Shown here piece after piece: positions 36,774 to 45,820 of a stretch of 64,000 nt of DNA (position 1 is the stretch's first letter; every line of letters starts with the position of its first letter). The notes beneath the pieces were generated by a model. That model was given only the letters and a program-made list of their open reading frames with translations, was not told the DNA's origin and made no database searches. A program made the translations under genes and the position numbers. Source of the stretch: Micrococcales bacterium (GTDB lineage Bacteria > Actinomycetota > Actinomycetes > Actinomycetales > Microbacteriaceae). The stretch is from the NCBI GenBank assembly GCA_046063415.1, contig JBJTMG010000088.1:2608-66607 (forward strand), in the 5' to 3' direction.

Positions 36774-38636
36774 CTAGAAGTGCCACTCCCAGTAGTTCCA
36801 AACCAGGTTTGGAGTTAGTGGGGCTGGCTTGATTCCCTTTAGACCAGTGGTGTACGAGGTCACCGCTGGGTGCTGGAAGATACCTAGGCTGACAGCGTCC
36901 TCAACGAGGATCTTTTCAGCTGCAAGGTACTTTGCAGTGATCTGCTTAGGAGTCAACTTCTTCTCTAGACCACGAAGAACCTTGTCAAGGTCAGCGTTTG
37001 CGTAACCTAGGAAGTTGTTCTCACCATCGCTAAGGAAGTTAGGGTTGGTCGAGGTCTGGCTGGTGTTAGTTGGGCACCAAGCGAAGAAGGCTGCGTCGTA
37101 GTTGTTAGCAGTTAGGTAACCGCCCCAACCTGACTTACCAGGTGCGCTCACGTCGAAACCAGCAAGCTTCTCCTCAGCAATCACAAGAGCAGCCTCTGCG
37201 CCACGACGAGCGTTGCTTGGCTGACCCCATAGAAGGTTGATCTTGATTGGCTGGTTCTTAGCGCCGGCTTCTGGGTAGTACTTCTGAACTAGAGCAAGCG
37301 CCTTAGCGGTGCGCTCTGCCTGGGTACCATCGCTGAACTTCTTAACACCGCTGCCCTTGACGACATCGTTGTAACCAGTCTGACCTGGAAGCAGGAAGAC
37401 CGAGTTAACAACAACAGCGCTGCTGTTGATTGGACGAACGATGGTGTCAATGATGCGCTGACGAGGGTAAGCAAGTAGGAACGCGGTACGCAGGTCCTTT
37501 GCCTTCTGGCTGTTTCCGAGGAATGGACCGGTGTACTTGTCGGTCTCGCCCTGGCCGTCGCCTACGCGAAGGTCAATGTGCTCGAAACATGCGTTGGTTC
37601 CACCAATGGTGGTAACACCGCTGATGCCCTTAAGCTGTGCAACGGCGTCAGCGGTTGGCTGACCCTGGTACACATCGATTTCACGGTTAGCAAGTGCCTG
37701 CGAAGCAGCGGTACCGTCAGCAATGAACTTGAAGACTAGAGTCTTGATGCCCGAGAGCTTCTTGCCCGAGTTGTACTTAGGGTTCGCTACAAGAGTCGCG
37801 CTCTGGTCTGCAACTGCACTCTTCATGATGTAGCCACCGTTGGTGACTAGTAGAAGTGGGTTGGTGCTGCTGTTTACAGTCTTGATGTTGTAGTCGTTGC
37901 TCCAGACCTTACCCATGGCCTTTAGAGCCGAGGTCTTCTTGCCCTTGAAGTCTGCAAGGAACTTAGCCTTGGCAGCCTTGTTAGCAGAAGCCGACTGAAG
38001 GCCATCCTTGCCCGCAGCCATTAGCTCAAGAGCGTGAACTGGTGCAGGACCAGGGCCCATGATCTCCCAGTCTGGCTGGAAAGAGTCGTAGCGAATGGTT
38101 ACCGACATCTGGTCAGCGCTAAGGGTTGGCTCGCCGACAACGTGGTTGTCGTATGGGCCACCGTAGCCACCAGAGTTGAATGCTGGGGTTGCATCGGTGT
38201 TAGCTGGGTCGCCCAAGCCAGCAGCCTTGCTGTACTTACTGCTCGAGAGCACGTGGCTTAGAAGAAGGTCAACACCGGTGATAGGGGTTCCGTCTGACCA
38301 GACCTTGCCCTTGTTCACGGTGTACTGAACACGGAAGTCCTTGGCGGTGTCCTTAACAACTTTGTAGGAACCGAAAACGGTGTTCTTGACAAGGTTCTTC
38401 TTGTCGTCGTAGTAGTTGAAGCCGGCACCCGAAACGTACGCGATGTCTGCGTTAACGGTGAGGTTGGTGTCGGGGGTGCTTGGGTTGAGCGAGGTCATGG
38501 CGTTTGATTCCACGATGACCACGGTCGTACGTGCTGCAGCGTCTGCCGCGTTGACCGAAAGCAGGGAAACTCCTGCAATGGTCAAGGTGCTGGCAGCAAC
38601 AGCCGCAACCGCGCGAACGGTGCGTGATGCTTTCAT
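36774..38636 (-). CDS. ABC transporter substrate-binding protein (peptide/nickel family-5-like), not a lipoprotein
   Basis: ATG at 38636 follows AAGGAGAG. It is 620 aa with the signal peptide MKASRTVRAVAAVAASTLTIAGVSLLSVNAADA and no lipobox Cys. It is the first gene of the cluster. Confidence 0.8.
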   Translation of the reverse strand: MKASRTVRAVAAVAASTLTIAGVSLLSVNAADAAARTTVVIVESNAMTSLNPSTPDTNLTVNADIAYVSGAGFNYYDDKKNLVKNTVFGSYKVVKDTAKDFRVQYTVNKGKVWSDGTPITGVDLLLSHVLSSSKYSKAAGLGDPANTDATPAFNSGGYGGPYDNHVVGEPTLSADQMSVTIRYDSFQPDWEIMGPGPAPVHALELMAAGKDGLQSASANKAAKAKFLADFKGKKTSALKAMGKVWSNDYNIKTVNSSTNPLLLVTNGGYIMKSAVADQSATLVANPKYNSGKKLSGIKTLVFKFIADGTAASQALANREIDVYQGQPTADAVAQLKGISGVTTIGGTNACFEHIDLRVGDGQGETDKYTGPFLGNSQKAKDLRTAFLLAYPRQRIIDTIVRPINSSAVVVNSVFLLPGQTGYNDVVKGSGVKKFSDGTQAERTAKALALVQKYYPEAGAKNQPIKINLLWGQPSNARRGAEAALVIAEEKLAGFDVSAPGKSGWGGYLTANNYDAAFFAWCPTNTSQTSTNPNFLSDGENNFLGYANADLDKVLRGLEKKLTPKQITAKYLAAEKILVEDAVSLGIFQHPAVTSYTTGLKGIKPAPLTPNLVWNYWEWHF

Positions 38637-38833
38637 ATTTCTCTCCTTGTTGGGGTCCAGCATTCTCGCGGATTCCACAGCGGAGAGACCCCTGTGAGTT
38701 CCGGCAACAATGCCTTGGGTGACTCCACACTATAAAGAAAATGTCCGCAAAGTGAACTTTTGCAGAAATTAATACGGTTCTTTACATGTTCTTTACATTT
38801 CAGCTCGAAAGACCGCAATGTTAGGCTCGGGGC

Positions 38834-39232
38834 GTGGATGCCCCCGAAATACTGATTTTTGATGCTGACTGCGCCTTTTGCCGCAGCTGCGTTGTGTGGG
38901 GCCAACGAAACCTTTCGAACTTCCCCGAAGCCGTTGGGTATCAGTTTTTGCAGCCCGAAAAATATGGGCTCTCACAAGAGCAAGTGACAAAATCTATCTG
39001 GCTGGTTTGTAAAGAAGCGGGCCAAACTGTTCCGACTGGAGCCGGCAGAGCAGTGTCTAAAATCCTCAAGTCTCAACCTGAAGCTCACTGGCAAGTGCTG
39101 GGGCTGATTTCGGATCTTCCATTGATACGAGTTCTTACCAACAGCCTCTACTTTTTGGTGGCAACCAACAGACACAGGCTTCCGGGTGGAAGTTCAGAGT
39201 GCAAACTGCCAAGCGCTGATTCCAAACGGTAG
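38834..39232 (+). CDS. DCC-family thiol-disulfide oxidoreductase (DUF393)
   Basis: 132 aa with the IFDADCAFCRSC (CxxC) motif near the N-terminus and a C-terminal ..VATNRHRLPG....C pattern. Confidence 0.75.
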   Translation: MDAPEILIFDADCAFCRSCVVWGQRNLSNFPEAVGYQFLQPEKYGLSQEQVTKSIWLVCKEAGQTVPTGAGRAVSKILKSQPEAHWQVLGLISDLPLIRVLTNSLYFLVATNRHRLPGGSSECKLPSADSKR

Positions 39233-39234
39233 GA

Positions 39235-39882
39235 ATGAATATGGGTGATCTTTTCGCCATTGGAATTTTCGCGGGCCTAGCCCTCGCGATTCCGGTTGGA
39301 CCAATGGCTCTGCTCCTGATTCAAACCACTATTCAGCGCGGGCTGAGCGCGGGAATTGCGGGAGGCCTCGGAATGGCCACAGTAGATTTTCTCTACGCTA
39401 TCGCAGCGTTCACAATGGGAGGACTAGTTACTACCTTCCTTGGATCATCGGGTGGCTTCTTATCTTGGGTTGGAGGTCTCATACTCGCGGGGTTTGGTGC
39501 ACGAACTGCGGTTTCCAGCTGGAGAACCAGAAATAGCAACGTCGACTCAGTGGTCACCCAAAAAATCACCGCTAGCAGGAACTTTTTCAGGTTCGTCGCG
39601 GCAACTTTGGTCAATCCGCCGACTGCACTTTACTTTGTTGCCCTCGCAGCCACCTTTGCCCAAAAATTCTCAAGGACCGAGCTATGCGTCTTGGAATTCT
39701 CATCTCTCGCCCTGACATTTGGCTTGGGTGTCTTTCTGGGATCGGGTCTTTGGCAAGAATCTCTGGCTGTGGGGGCCCACACGCTGAAAAAGTGGCTAAG
39801 CGTGAAAGCACAAAAATGGATCGGCGTTTCGAGCGGCGTCCTGATAGTTGCCCTGGCAGTGAAGATGGTGGTTGCGCCTTGA
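39235..39882 (+). CDS. LysE/RhtB-family amino-acid exporter
   Basis: 215 aa with about 6 TM segments and the N-terminal pattern GLALAIPVGPMALLLIQTTIQRG typical of LysE-type translocators. Confidence 0.75.
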   Translation: MNMGDLFAIGIFAGLALAIPVGPMALLLIQTTIQRGLSAGIAGGLGMATVDFLYAIAAFTMGGLVTTFLGSSGGFLSWVGGLILAGFGARTAVSSWRTRNSNVDSVVTQKITASRNFFRFVAATLVNPPTALYFVALAATFAQKFSRTELCVLEFSSLALTFGLGVFLGSGLWQESLAVGAHTLKKWLSVKAQKWIGVSSGVLIVALAVKMVVAP

Positions 39883-40640
39883 CAGAGCAAAGTAAAAAGC
39901 ATCTGGTTCAAGAAGTCTTTCTTGTTCTGGGAGTAAGCCTTGGAGTATCCGCTGTCTATTCCGTAGTTAGCGTCATTGTCAAGCTTCTCTCCCCAGCGGG
40001 ACTCGCTGGCAGCAAAACCACCATCAATGGCTCTCTTAGCGAAAATCCATGGCTTGACTTGACCTACCAGCTGCTTGGTATTTTCTTCGATTTGGTTCCA
40101 GCACTGCTTGCCCTTTACCTACTGAGACAGACTTTTCTTCTGCTGCACCAAGACACCGATGGCTGGTTGCAGAGACTCTTTGGCGCCATAAACGCACGCG
40201 CGGCCCTTCGGGGCATAGCGCTAGCCGCAGCCATCGGGGTTCCCGGAATTGGGCTGTATCTGCTTGCCAGAGAACTGGGCTGGGCAGCCAAGGTAATTCC
40301 GGCTGACCTTGGCTCCTATTGGTGGACTGTGCCGGTGCTGCTGCTATCGGCAGCAAAGTCCTCGTTTATTGAAGAAGTGATTGTCGTCGGCTACCTGTTG
40401 GATCGGCTTAAGAGATTGGGGCTAGATACACGATGGCAGATGGGGATTTCTGCGGTATTCCGAGGTAGTTACCACCTTTACCAGGGTTTCGGTGGCTTTA
40501 TAGGCAATGCGATTATGGGCATTGTTTTTGGTTTGGCCTACAAACGTTGGGGCAAACTGATGCCGCTGTTGATTGCGCATTTCATCATGGACGCGGTTGT
40601 CTTTATTGGTTACACATTTGTTGCACGGCTAATTCCGTAA
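39879..40640 (+). CDS. CPBP-family (CAAX/Abi) intramembrane metalloprotease
   Basis: TTG at 39879 overlaps the LysE TGA (TTGA). It is 253 aa with the motifs SFIEEVIVVGY (EExxx), FRGSYH and IAHFIMD (HxxxD). Confidence 0.75.
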   Translation: MTEQSKKHLVQEVFLVLGVSLGVSAVYSVVSVIVKLLSPAGLAGSKTTINGSLSENPWLDLTYQLLGIFFDLVPALLALYLLRQTFLLLHQDTDGWLQRLFGAINARAALRGIALAAAIGVPGIGLYLLARELGWAAKVIPADLGSYWWTVPVLLLSAAKSSFIEEVIVVGYLLDRLKRLGLDTRWQMGISAVFRGSYHLYQGFGGFIGNAIMGIVFGLAYKRWGKLMPLLIAHFIMDAVVFIGYTFVARLIP

Positions 40641-40685
40641 CCAGACCAGTTCCCTGCTAATCTGACAAAGCATTCGCACAGAATG

Positions 40686-40868
40686 TAGCTTTTGCCTCTG
40701 TTGGGGGAAGCTGGTGAAAATCCGGCGCTGACCCGCAACCGTAAATCAGAGACTCGTAAAGAGCGCTGACAAGTCGGAATGCCTAACAGGAGCGATTGAC
40801 TCCAAAAAAATACCGTCGAGGTCTACGGGTGGAGTCGGATAAATCTTTATCCGAATTCCTGATTTTTT
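40686..40868 (+). promoter_or_regulatory. Cobalamin (B12) riboswitch with a terminator-type expression platform
   Basis: The core GGTGAAAATCCGGCGCTGACCCGCAACCGTAA, a B12-box-like AAGTCGGAATGCC and the closing helix CTGTT...AACAG are present. They are followed by the hairpin GGAGTCGGATAA-atct-TTATCCGAATTCC and TTTTTT at 40863-40868. Confidence 0.85.
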
Positions 40869-40938
40869 AGTAAATCGGGTTTTGGGTTTCGAGAAACCGC
40901 CTTCGCACTCAGATCGCAAAACTGCGAAAGGTTTCGAA

Positions 40939-41922
40939 ATGTTCGAGACAAAAAAATCTGGGTTGCGCACTATCGCAACATTCACAATAGCCGTCATGCT
41001 TTTCGCTGGCGCTGGGCAAAGCGCTCATGCCAAGGAGAGCGCGAACCAAACGACTGTTAAGTTTCTGCAATCAAAGTTTGTAGCAGGAAAATACATCGAG
41101 GGTTTCACTCCTGGCAAAGCTGACTATGGCTTCACTCTTGAAGCCTTGCTGCAAAGAAAGGCTTTAGGCGAAAAATCTTCTGCCTTGGCCAAAGCTGTTC
41201 GCTTCAACCTCGTGAACACTTCGGTGGTGGGCGTATCCCCGTCAGTTCCCGGCTACCTTTTTGATTCCGAAGGGAAGCTGAATGTTGGACTTGCCGGAAA
41301 GTTTGCCTTTGTTAGCCAGGCCATGAAGGCACCGAACGGTAAGCTTCGCAGCAAGATTTTGCAAAAAATCAAAGCCAGCTTTGGCTCAAATGGCGACCTC
41401 AAGGATGCCTCAGCAACTACTTTCGACCGCTCCTGGGTAATTCTTGGGCTCGCCGCAAACGGGAACCCAAAGCAGGCCCAGAGGCTTGGGCTGGCTCTTC
41501 AACAAACTCAACTTTCTGACGGTGGCTTCAACGATGGCTACACGCTTGATGCCAGCGCAACCGACGGTACGGGTATTGCCTTGCAGGCCTTGGCCGCAAC
41601 CAGAAACCTTGGATCGACCGAGGTCAAAAGCAAGACAGGGACGAGTATCGCTAAGGCAGTTCAGTATCTGAGAGGCACCCAGGTAAATGGTGATCACTGG
41701 GAAGCCTGGGGTGACTACAACACCAACGGAACCGCCTACGCTGCCATGGGAATCATCGCAGCCGGAAGCCCGAGTCTTGGAATAGCCACTTGGCTCAAGA
41801 ACAAGCTTTCAAGCGATGGCGGGCTGGTCACTCCTTGGTCCGGTGGTTCCGGAGATACTTACGCCACGGCTCAATCAGTGGTTCCCATGTTGAATCTCAG
41901 TTACCTAAGCCTGCTCAGCTGA
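40939..41922 (+). CDS. Secreted protein with alpha/alpha-toroid (prenyltransferase/terpene-cyclase-like) repeats; candidate B12-binding alpha domain
   Basis: ATG at 40939 follows GAAAGG. It is 327 aa with the signal peptide ..AGAGQSAHA|KE and the repeated motifs QLSDGGF, LSSDGGL, TGIALQAL, TAYAAMGI and YATAQSV. It is the first gene after the B12 riboswitch. Confidence 0.6.
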   Translation: MFETKKSGLRTIATFTIAVMLFAGAGQSAHAKESANQTTVKFLQSKFVAGKYIEGFTPGKADYGFTLEALLQRKALGEKSSALAKAVRFNLVNTSVVGVSPSVPGYLFDSEGKLNVGLAGKFAFVSQAMKAPNGKLRSKILQKIKASFGSNGDLKDASATTFDRSWVILGLAANGNPKQAQRLGLALQQTQLSDGGFNDGYTLDASATDGTGIALQALAATRNLGSTEVKSKTGTSIAKAVQYLRGTQVNGDHWEAWGDYNTNGTAYAAMGIIAAGSPSLGIATWLKNKLSSDGGLVTPWSGGSGDTYATAQSVVPMLNLSYLSLLS

Positions 41923-41926
41923 CCTT

Positions 41927-42490
41927 ATGAACCGAAAGTTTTTGCGCTGGACTCTGGTTGGCATGGTCGCTCTGGTTACCCTGGGGGCTGTGGCCCCCGG
42001 GGTCATGGCCAATCTGGGCCTCGAGATCAGTTTGGTTAGCCCAACATCCTTGGCTGGCGCAAAAACCTCTGCGGGTTGGTGTCGAGACCGTGGTGTTTCA
42101 GTTGTAGTTGATTTTGGACAGCAATCGGGAAAACCAATACAGGTGAGCTGCGTTGTGGGTCCAAAACTAACCGGTTGGGACCTTCTAACTGCCGCCGAGC
42201 TGGGGCCTGTTGGAACAGCGCAATACCCCACCGGGTTCGTCTGTCGTCTGGCGAATTTTCCACCCGCTAACACGCAAGATTGCTCCGACACTCCAACGTA
42301 TTCAGAGGGAACCTGGGCCTACTACTTTGCCACCGCCGAAGCGGGCAACCACTGGATGTTCAGCGGAGCCGGTTCGCAGCAGCGCAGCCCCGACTGCGGA
42401 ACCGTGGAGGGTTGGGTTTTCGAGTTGAATCACACCGATGGTTTGGCAGACGGGCCAAGAATAAAACCTGAGGCCTTCCGGTGCCGCTAG
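41927..42490 (+). CDS. Secreted Cys-rich protein, DUF4430-like (transcobalamin beta-domain-like)
   Basis: 187 aa with the signal peptide ..APGVMA|NLG and six Cys. The pattern VSVVVDFG..TGWDLL..GFVCRL..GTWAYY..WMFSGAG..VEGWVF is as I recall for DUF4430. It starts 4 nt after the previous gene. Confidence 0.55.
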   Translation: MNRKFLRWTLVGMVALVTLGAVAPGVMANLGLEISLVSPTSLAGAKTSAGWCRDRGVSVVVDFGQQSGKPIQVSCVVGPKLTGWDLLTAAELGPVGTAQYPTGFVCRLANFPPANTQDCSDTPTYSEGTWAYYFATAEAGNHWMFSGAGSQQRSPDCGTVEGWVFELNHTDGLADGPRIKPEAFRCR

Positions 42491-43467
42491 GAACGAGGCA
42501 TGTACAAGAGCGACTGGCTGCCACAACCTGGTGGCTCTTGGGACTGAGTTTTGCCCTGTCGGCGAGCCTTTCCAACCAGATACCAATCTTGGTTTTGCTG
42601 TGTGCCGCCATGCTGGTGACCTGTTGGTCTTTTGCAAAACCCGAACAACGCACCAAGGCATTTCCGCTTTACTTGGGCCTGGCGGTATTCGTTGTTATGG
42701 TGCGGTTGGTTTTCAGGGTTATTTTCAACCAACCGGCCACGACCGACGTAGCCCTGAATCTTCCCCGCATTGCAATCCGGGTGCTCGACACCTCAGTTTC
42801 ATTCCTGGGACCGGTTTCAATGCAGTCACTTGAGGCAGCAGCCATCGATGGTCTCCGGCTCGCCGGCATAGTCCTGGGCATTGGCCTGGCAAACACTCTT
42901 GCGAACCCTCGCAGATTGCTGAAGTCAACTCCCCCGGCGCTGTACGAACTTGCTGCAGCTGCGGCAGTCGCGATAAATCTGGCACCGGAGTTAATCCAAA
43001 GCCTGCAACGTGTCAGGCTGGCACGCAGGCTGCGTGGTCAAGAGCTCAGATGGTGGCAACTTAGTTACCTAGTGATTCCGGTCCTAGAAGACTCAATTGA
43101 GCGCTCCCTGAAACTTGCTGCAGGCATGGATTCTCGTGGCTTCGGCCGCGCGCCCGCAACCTCGAGAAGCGCAAAACTTTCCTTTCAACTCTTGACCATT
43201 ACGTCTCTGTGTGCCTTTTCTACGGTCAGTTATCTTGCACTCGCGGGTCAGCAGCAGACGTGGGTTTTGGCATTTATCGCTGTGTTTGGGATTGGTACCT
43301 TGGCATCATCTATAGCCATCGCAGGTAAGTCGCGAATTCGCACAAGGTATCCCGGGGAGCAGAGGACCTGGCGAGATCTAGCCGTGGCCCTGCTTGCAAT
43401 TTCCATGGTTGCTTGGTTCATAAGCGGAGCGCCGAATTCATTGGAGTTGATGCAGTGGAAGCCGTAA
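42481..43467 (+). CDS. ECF transporter T component (EcfT/CbiQ family)
   Basis: 328 aa and multi-TM, with the two conserved Arg motifs LARRLRG and MDSRGFG. Its GTG start overlaps the previous gene's stop. Confidence 0.8.
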   Translation: MPLGTRHVQERLAATTWWLLGLSFALSASLSNQIPILVLLCAAMLVTCWSFAKPEQRTKAFPLYLGLAVFVVMVRLVFRVIFNQPATTDVALNLPRIAIRVLDTSVSFLGPVSMQSLEAAAIDGLRLAGIVLGIGLANTLANPRRLLKSTPPALYELAAAAAVAINLAPELIQSLQRVRLARRLRGQELRWWQLSYLVIPVLEDSIERSLKLAAGMDSRGFGRAPATSRSAKLSFQLLTITSLCAFSTVSYLALAGQQQTWVLAFIAVFGIGTLASSIAIAGKSRIRTRYPGEQRTWRDLAVALLAISMVAWFISGAPNSLELMQWKP

Positions 43468-45056
43468 TTGAACTGAGAGACCTCACGTTCAGCTTTGAGG
43501 CAGCCGATACTCCAATTTTGCGTCGTGTGAACCTCAGGTTTGAAGCAGGAGAGTTTGCATTAATTTGCGGCCCGACTGGATCTGGTAAGTCCACTCTTTT
43601 GGCAGCGATAAACGGATTGATACCGCATTTCAGCTCCGGGCAGATTTCTGGTCAGGTGATCATAAATGGAACTGATATGTCCGGAAAGAAACCCCGCGAG
43701 TTTGCAGAGCAGGTCGGTTATGTGAACCAAGGGCCTGAGGTTGCGTTTGTAGCACACACGGTGGCCGAGGAGCTGGCGTTTGGTATGGAGCAACTTGGTT
43801 TTGCTCCCGAATCCATGATTCGCAAGGTAGCGGAAGTCGCAAGGCAGTTTTCTCTTTCGGACTTTTTGGAAAAGCCGCTCCACGAGTTATCTGGAGGCCA
43901 ACAACAGCGAGTGGCGATGGCAGCGTCGCTTGCCGCAGGCCAGAGAATATTGCTGCTGGATGAACCGACATCATCGTTGGATCCCGATGCGGCGGCGGAA
44001 CTTCTAGCGCTGCTTCGCACGCTAGCGACCGAACAGGGAATCACCATACTCCTCGTTGAGCATCGCATTGAGCGGGTTCTTGAAATCACCGATTCGGTGA
44101 CTGTCGTTAGCGGCGATGGCAGTGCGCTAAAGGCATACAAGCGGCAAGGGCTAGATCCAGTGCTTCGCAGTTACCGAATGGTTCCACCCCTTCTTGAACT
44201 TGGCCAGACCCTCGGCTGGTCACCATTGCCACTGTCAATAAATGAAGCAAAAAAGCGGTGGCAAGAAAACCCAGGGCTGATTCATGCTCTCGAACTCGCG
44301 AAACCTGAACACACTGCGCTTTCAGTCGAGAATCTTGAGGTCTGCTACGGGGCTCGGAGCATTTTAGAAAACTTGAGCTTAGAGATCCGATCAGGAGAAA
44401 TCACTTGTCTCTTGGGTTCAAACGGATCAGGGAAGACCACATTACTGTTGGCAATTCAAGGGGCACTCATTAGCTCCGGAAAGGTCACACTTCTGCCCGA
44501 GCAAGTGGCACCCCAAGAACTCAAACCTTCCGAGCTGATAAAGCATTTAGCGATGGTGCCGCAAGCCGCCTCTGACTTATTGGTCTTGACCTCGGTTTCT
44601 AAAGAACTTGAGGCATCGGATTTGCAGTCGTCCTTAGCCCCAGGAACTACCGGAAACCTGTTCGCGAAGCTTGCAGGAAGAATAAACCCAAATCGACACC
44701 CCCGAGACCTTTCAGCCGGGCAACAGCTTGCTCTGGTTTTGGCTATTCAGCTGAGCAAGGGTGCAAAAATACTCTTGCTTGACGAGCCAACTAGGGGGTT
44801 GGATTATCAATCCAAACGCGTACTTGCCGGCCAGTTGGCTTTGCTAAAAGCAGGAGGTTCTGCTGTTTTTGTTGCCTCGAATGATGTTGAATTTGTTGCT
44901 CTAGTAGCTGACCGTGTCCTGAATATTGCCCACGGGCAAATCCTTCAGGAAGACTCAGCCCCCAGTGTCTTGTCAGAGCTAGGACGGCACGCACCCCAGC
45001 TGTATCAAATCACCCAGCAGGCCATTCGTCTTGAACAAATCGAGGCCAAGCAGTGA
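43455..45056 (+). CDS. Fused ECF ATPase (EcfA-EcfA')
   Basis: Two Walker A motifs (GPTGSGKST, GSNGSGKTT), the signatures LSGGQQQRVAM and LSAGQQLALVL, and Walker B LLLDEPT twice. The start is uncertain: GTG 43455 or the track start 43413. Confidence 0.9.
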   Translation: MEAVIELRDLTFSFEAADTPILRRVNLRFEAGEFALICGPTGSGKSTLLAAINGLIPHFSSGQISGQVIINGTDMSGKKPREFAEQVGYVNQGPEVAFVAHTVAEELAFGMEQLGFAPESMIRKVAEVARQFSLSDFLEKPLHELSGGQQQRVAMAASLAAGQRILLLDEPTSSLDPDAAAELLALLRTLATEQGITILLVEHRIERVLEITDSVTVVSGDGSALKAYKRQGLDPVLRSYRMVPPLLELGQTLGWSPLPLSINEAKKRWQENPGLIHALELAKPEHTALSVENLEVCYGARSILENLSLEIRSGEITCLLGSNGSGKTTLLLAIQGALISSGKVTLLPEQVAPQELKPSELIKHLAMVPQAASDLLVLTSVSKELEASDLQSSLAPGTTGNLFAKLAGRINPNRHPRDLSAGQQLALVLAIQLSKGAKILLLDEPTRGLDYQSKRVLAGQLALLKAGGSAVFVASNDVEFVALVADRVLNIAHGQILQEDSAPSVLSELGRHAPQLYQITQQAIRLEQIEAKQ

Positions 45057-45820
45057 AAACAACGCTTGCCGCCCGTCTGGTTATCGGCGCAGTCACCGCG
45101 CTGTCAGTTTTCAGCTTTCTGTGGCCTTTTTTCATTTCAGCCGAGGGGTCAAGCCAGGCAGCTACTGCACAAACGCTTTTCATGCTGCTAATGCCATCTT
45201 TTATTGCAACAGTGCTCACGCAGTATTCAAGCGGAAACATCGACTCAAGGCAGCTAGCCATGCTTGGTGTTCTGATCGCCCTCAACTCAGTAGTTAGATT
45301 GCTGGGCGCCGGCACGGCTGGAATCGAAACCGCATTCTTCCTGATAATCATTGGCGGTTTTGTTTTTGGGTCTGGATTTGGGTTCCTACTTGGCTCGGGA
45401 TCACTTCTGATTAGTGCGGTGCTCAGTGGTGGCGTGGGCCCTTGGCTTCCATTCCAAATGATGGCTGCCGGTTTAGTTGGGCTTGGCGCGGGAGCCCTGC
45501 CATCGCTGCAAAGAATTCGACTGCAGGTTTGGGTCCTGGTTCCCTACGCCATAGTGGCTAGTTACGCTTACGGGGCATTGATGACAGCGTGGAATTGGCC
45601 GTTTCTTGCGGGGCTTGGCACAACTATTGGGTACGCCCCAGGCCAAGGCCCACTTGTGAATCTAGGACGGTTCCTAACCTACGAAATTGTCACTGGAGGC
45701 TTGCTCTGGGACACCGGAAGAGCCGTGACGACAGCCACTTTGATCGCCTTAACCGGTCCGACCCTGCTGACTACCCTGAAGAGGGCAGCCCGCAGGGCCG
45801 GTTTAGAAACTAAGTTCTAA
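45053..45820 (+). CDS. ECF S-component-like integral membrane protein; candidate cobalamin-specific component
   Basis: 255 aa with about 6-7 TM segments, Gly-rich helices and a GTGA overlap with the ATPase gene. It is the last gene of the riboswitch operon. Confidence 0.6.
   Translation: MKTTLAARLVIGAVTALSVFSFLWPFFISAEGSSQAATAQTLFMLLMPSFIATVLTQYSSGNIDSRQLAMLGVLIALNSVVRLLGAGTAGIETAFFLIIIGGFVFGSGFGFLLGSGSLLISAVLSGGVGPWLPFQMMAAGLVGLGAGALPSLQRIRLQVWVLVPYAIVASYAYGALMTAWNWPFLAGLGTTIGYAPGQGPLVNLGRFLTYEIVTGGLLWDTGRAVTTATLIALTGPTLLTTLKRAARRAGLETKF

Noticed and set aside
42036-42896. Cluster of overlapping minus-strand ORFs (42036-42263, 42302-42661, 42360-42656, 42487-42732, 42669-42896) opposite the DUF4430-like and EcfT genes
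   Set aside because: All are antisense shadows within a tightly coupled plus-strand operon. Their products are R/P/G-rich without motifs.
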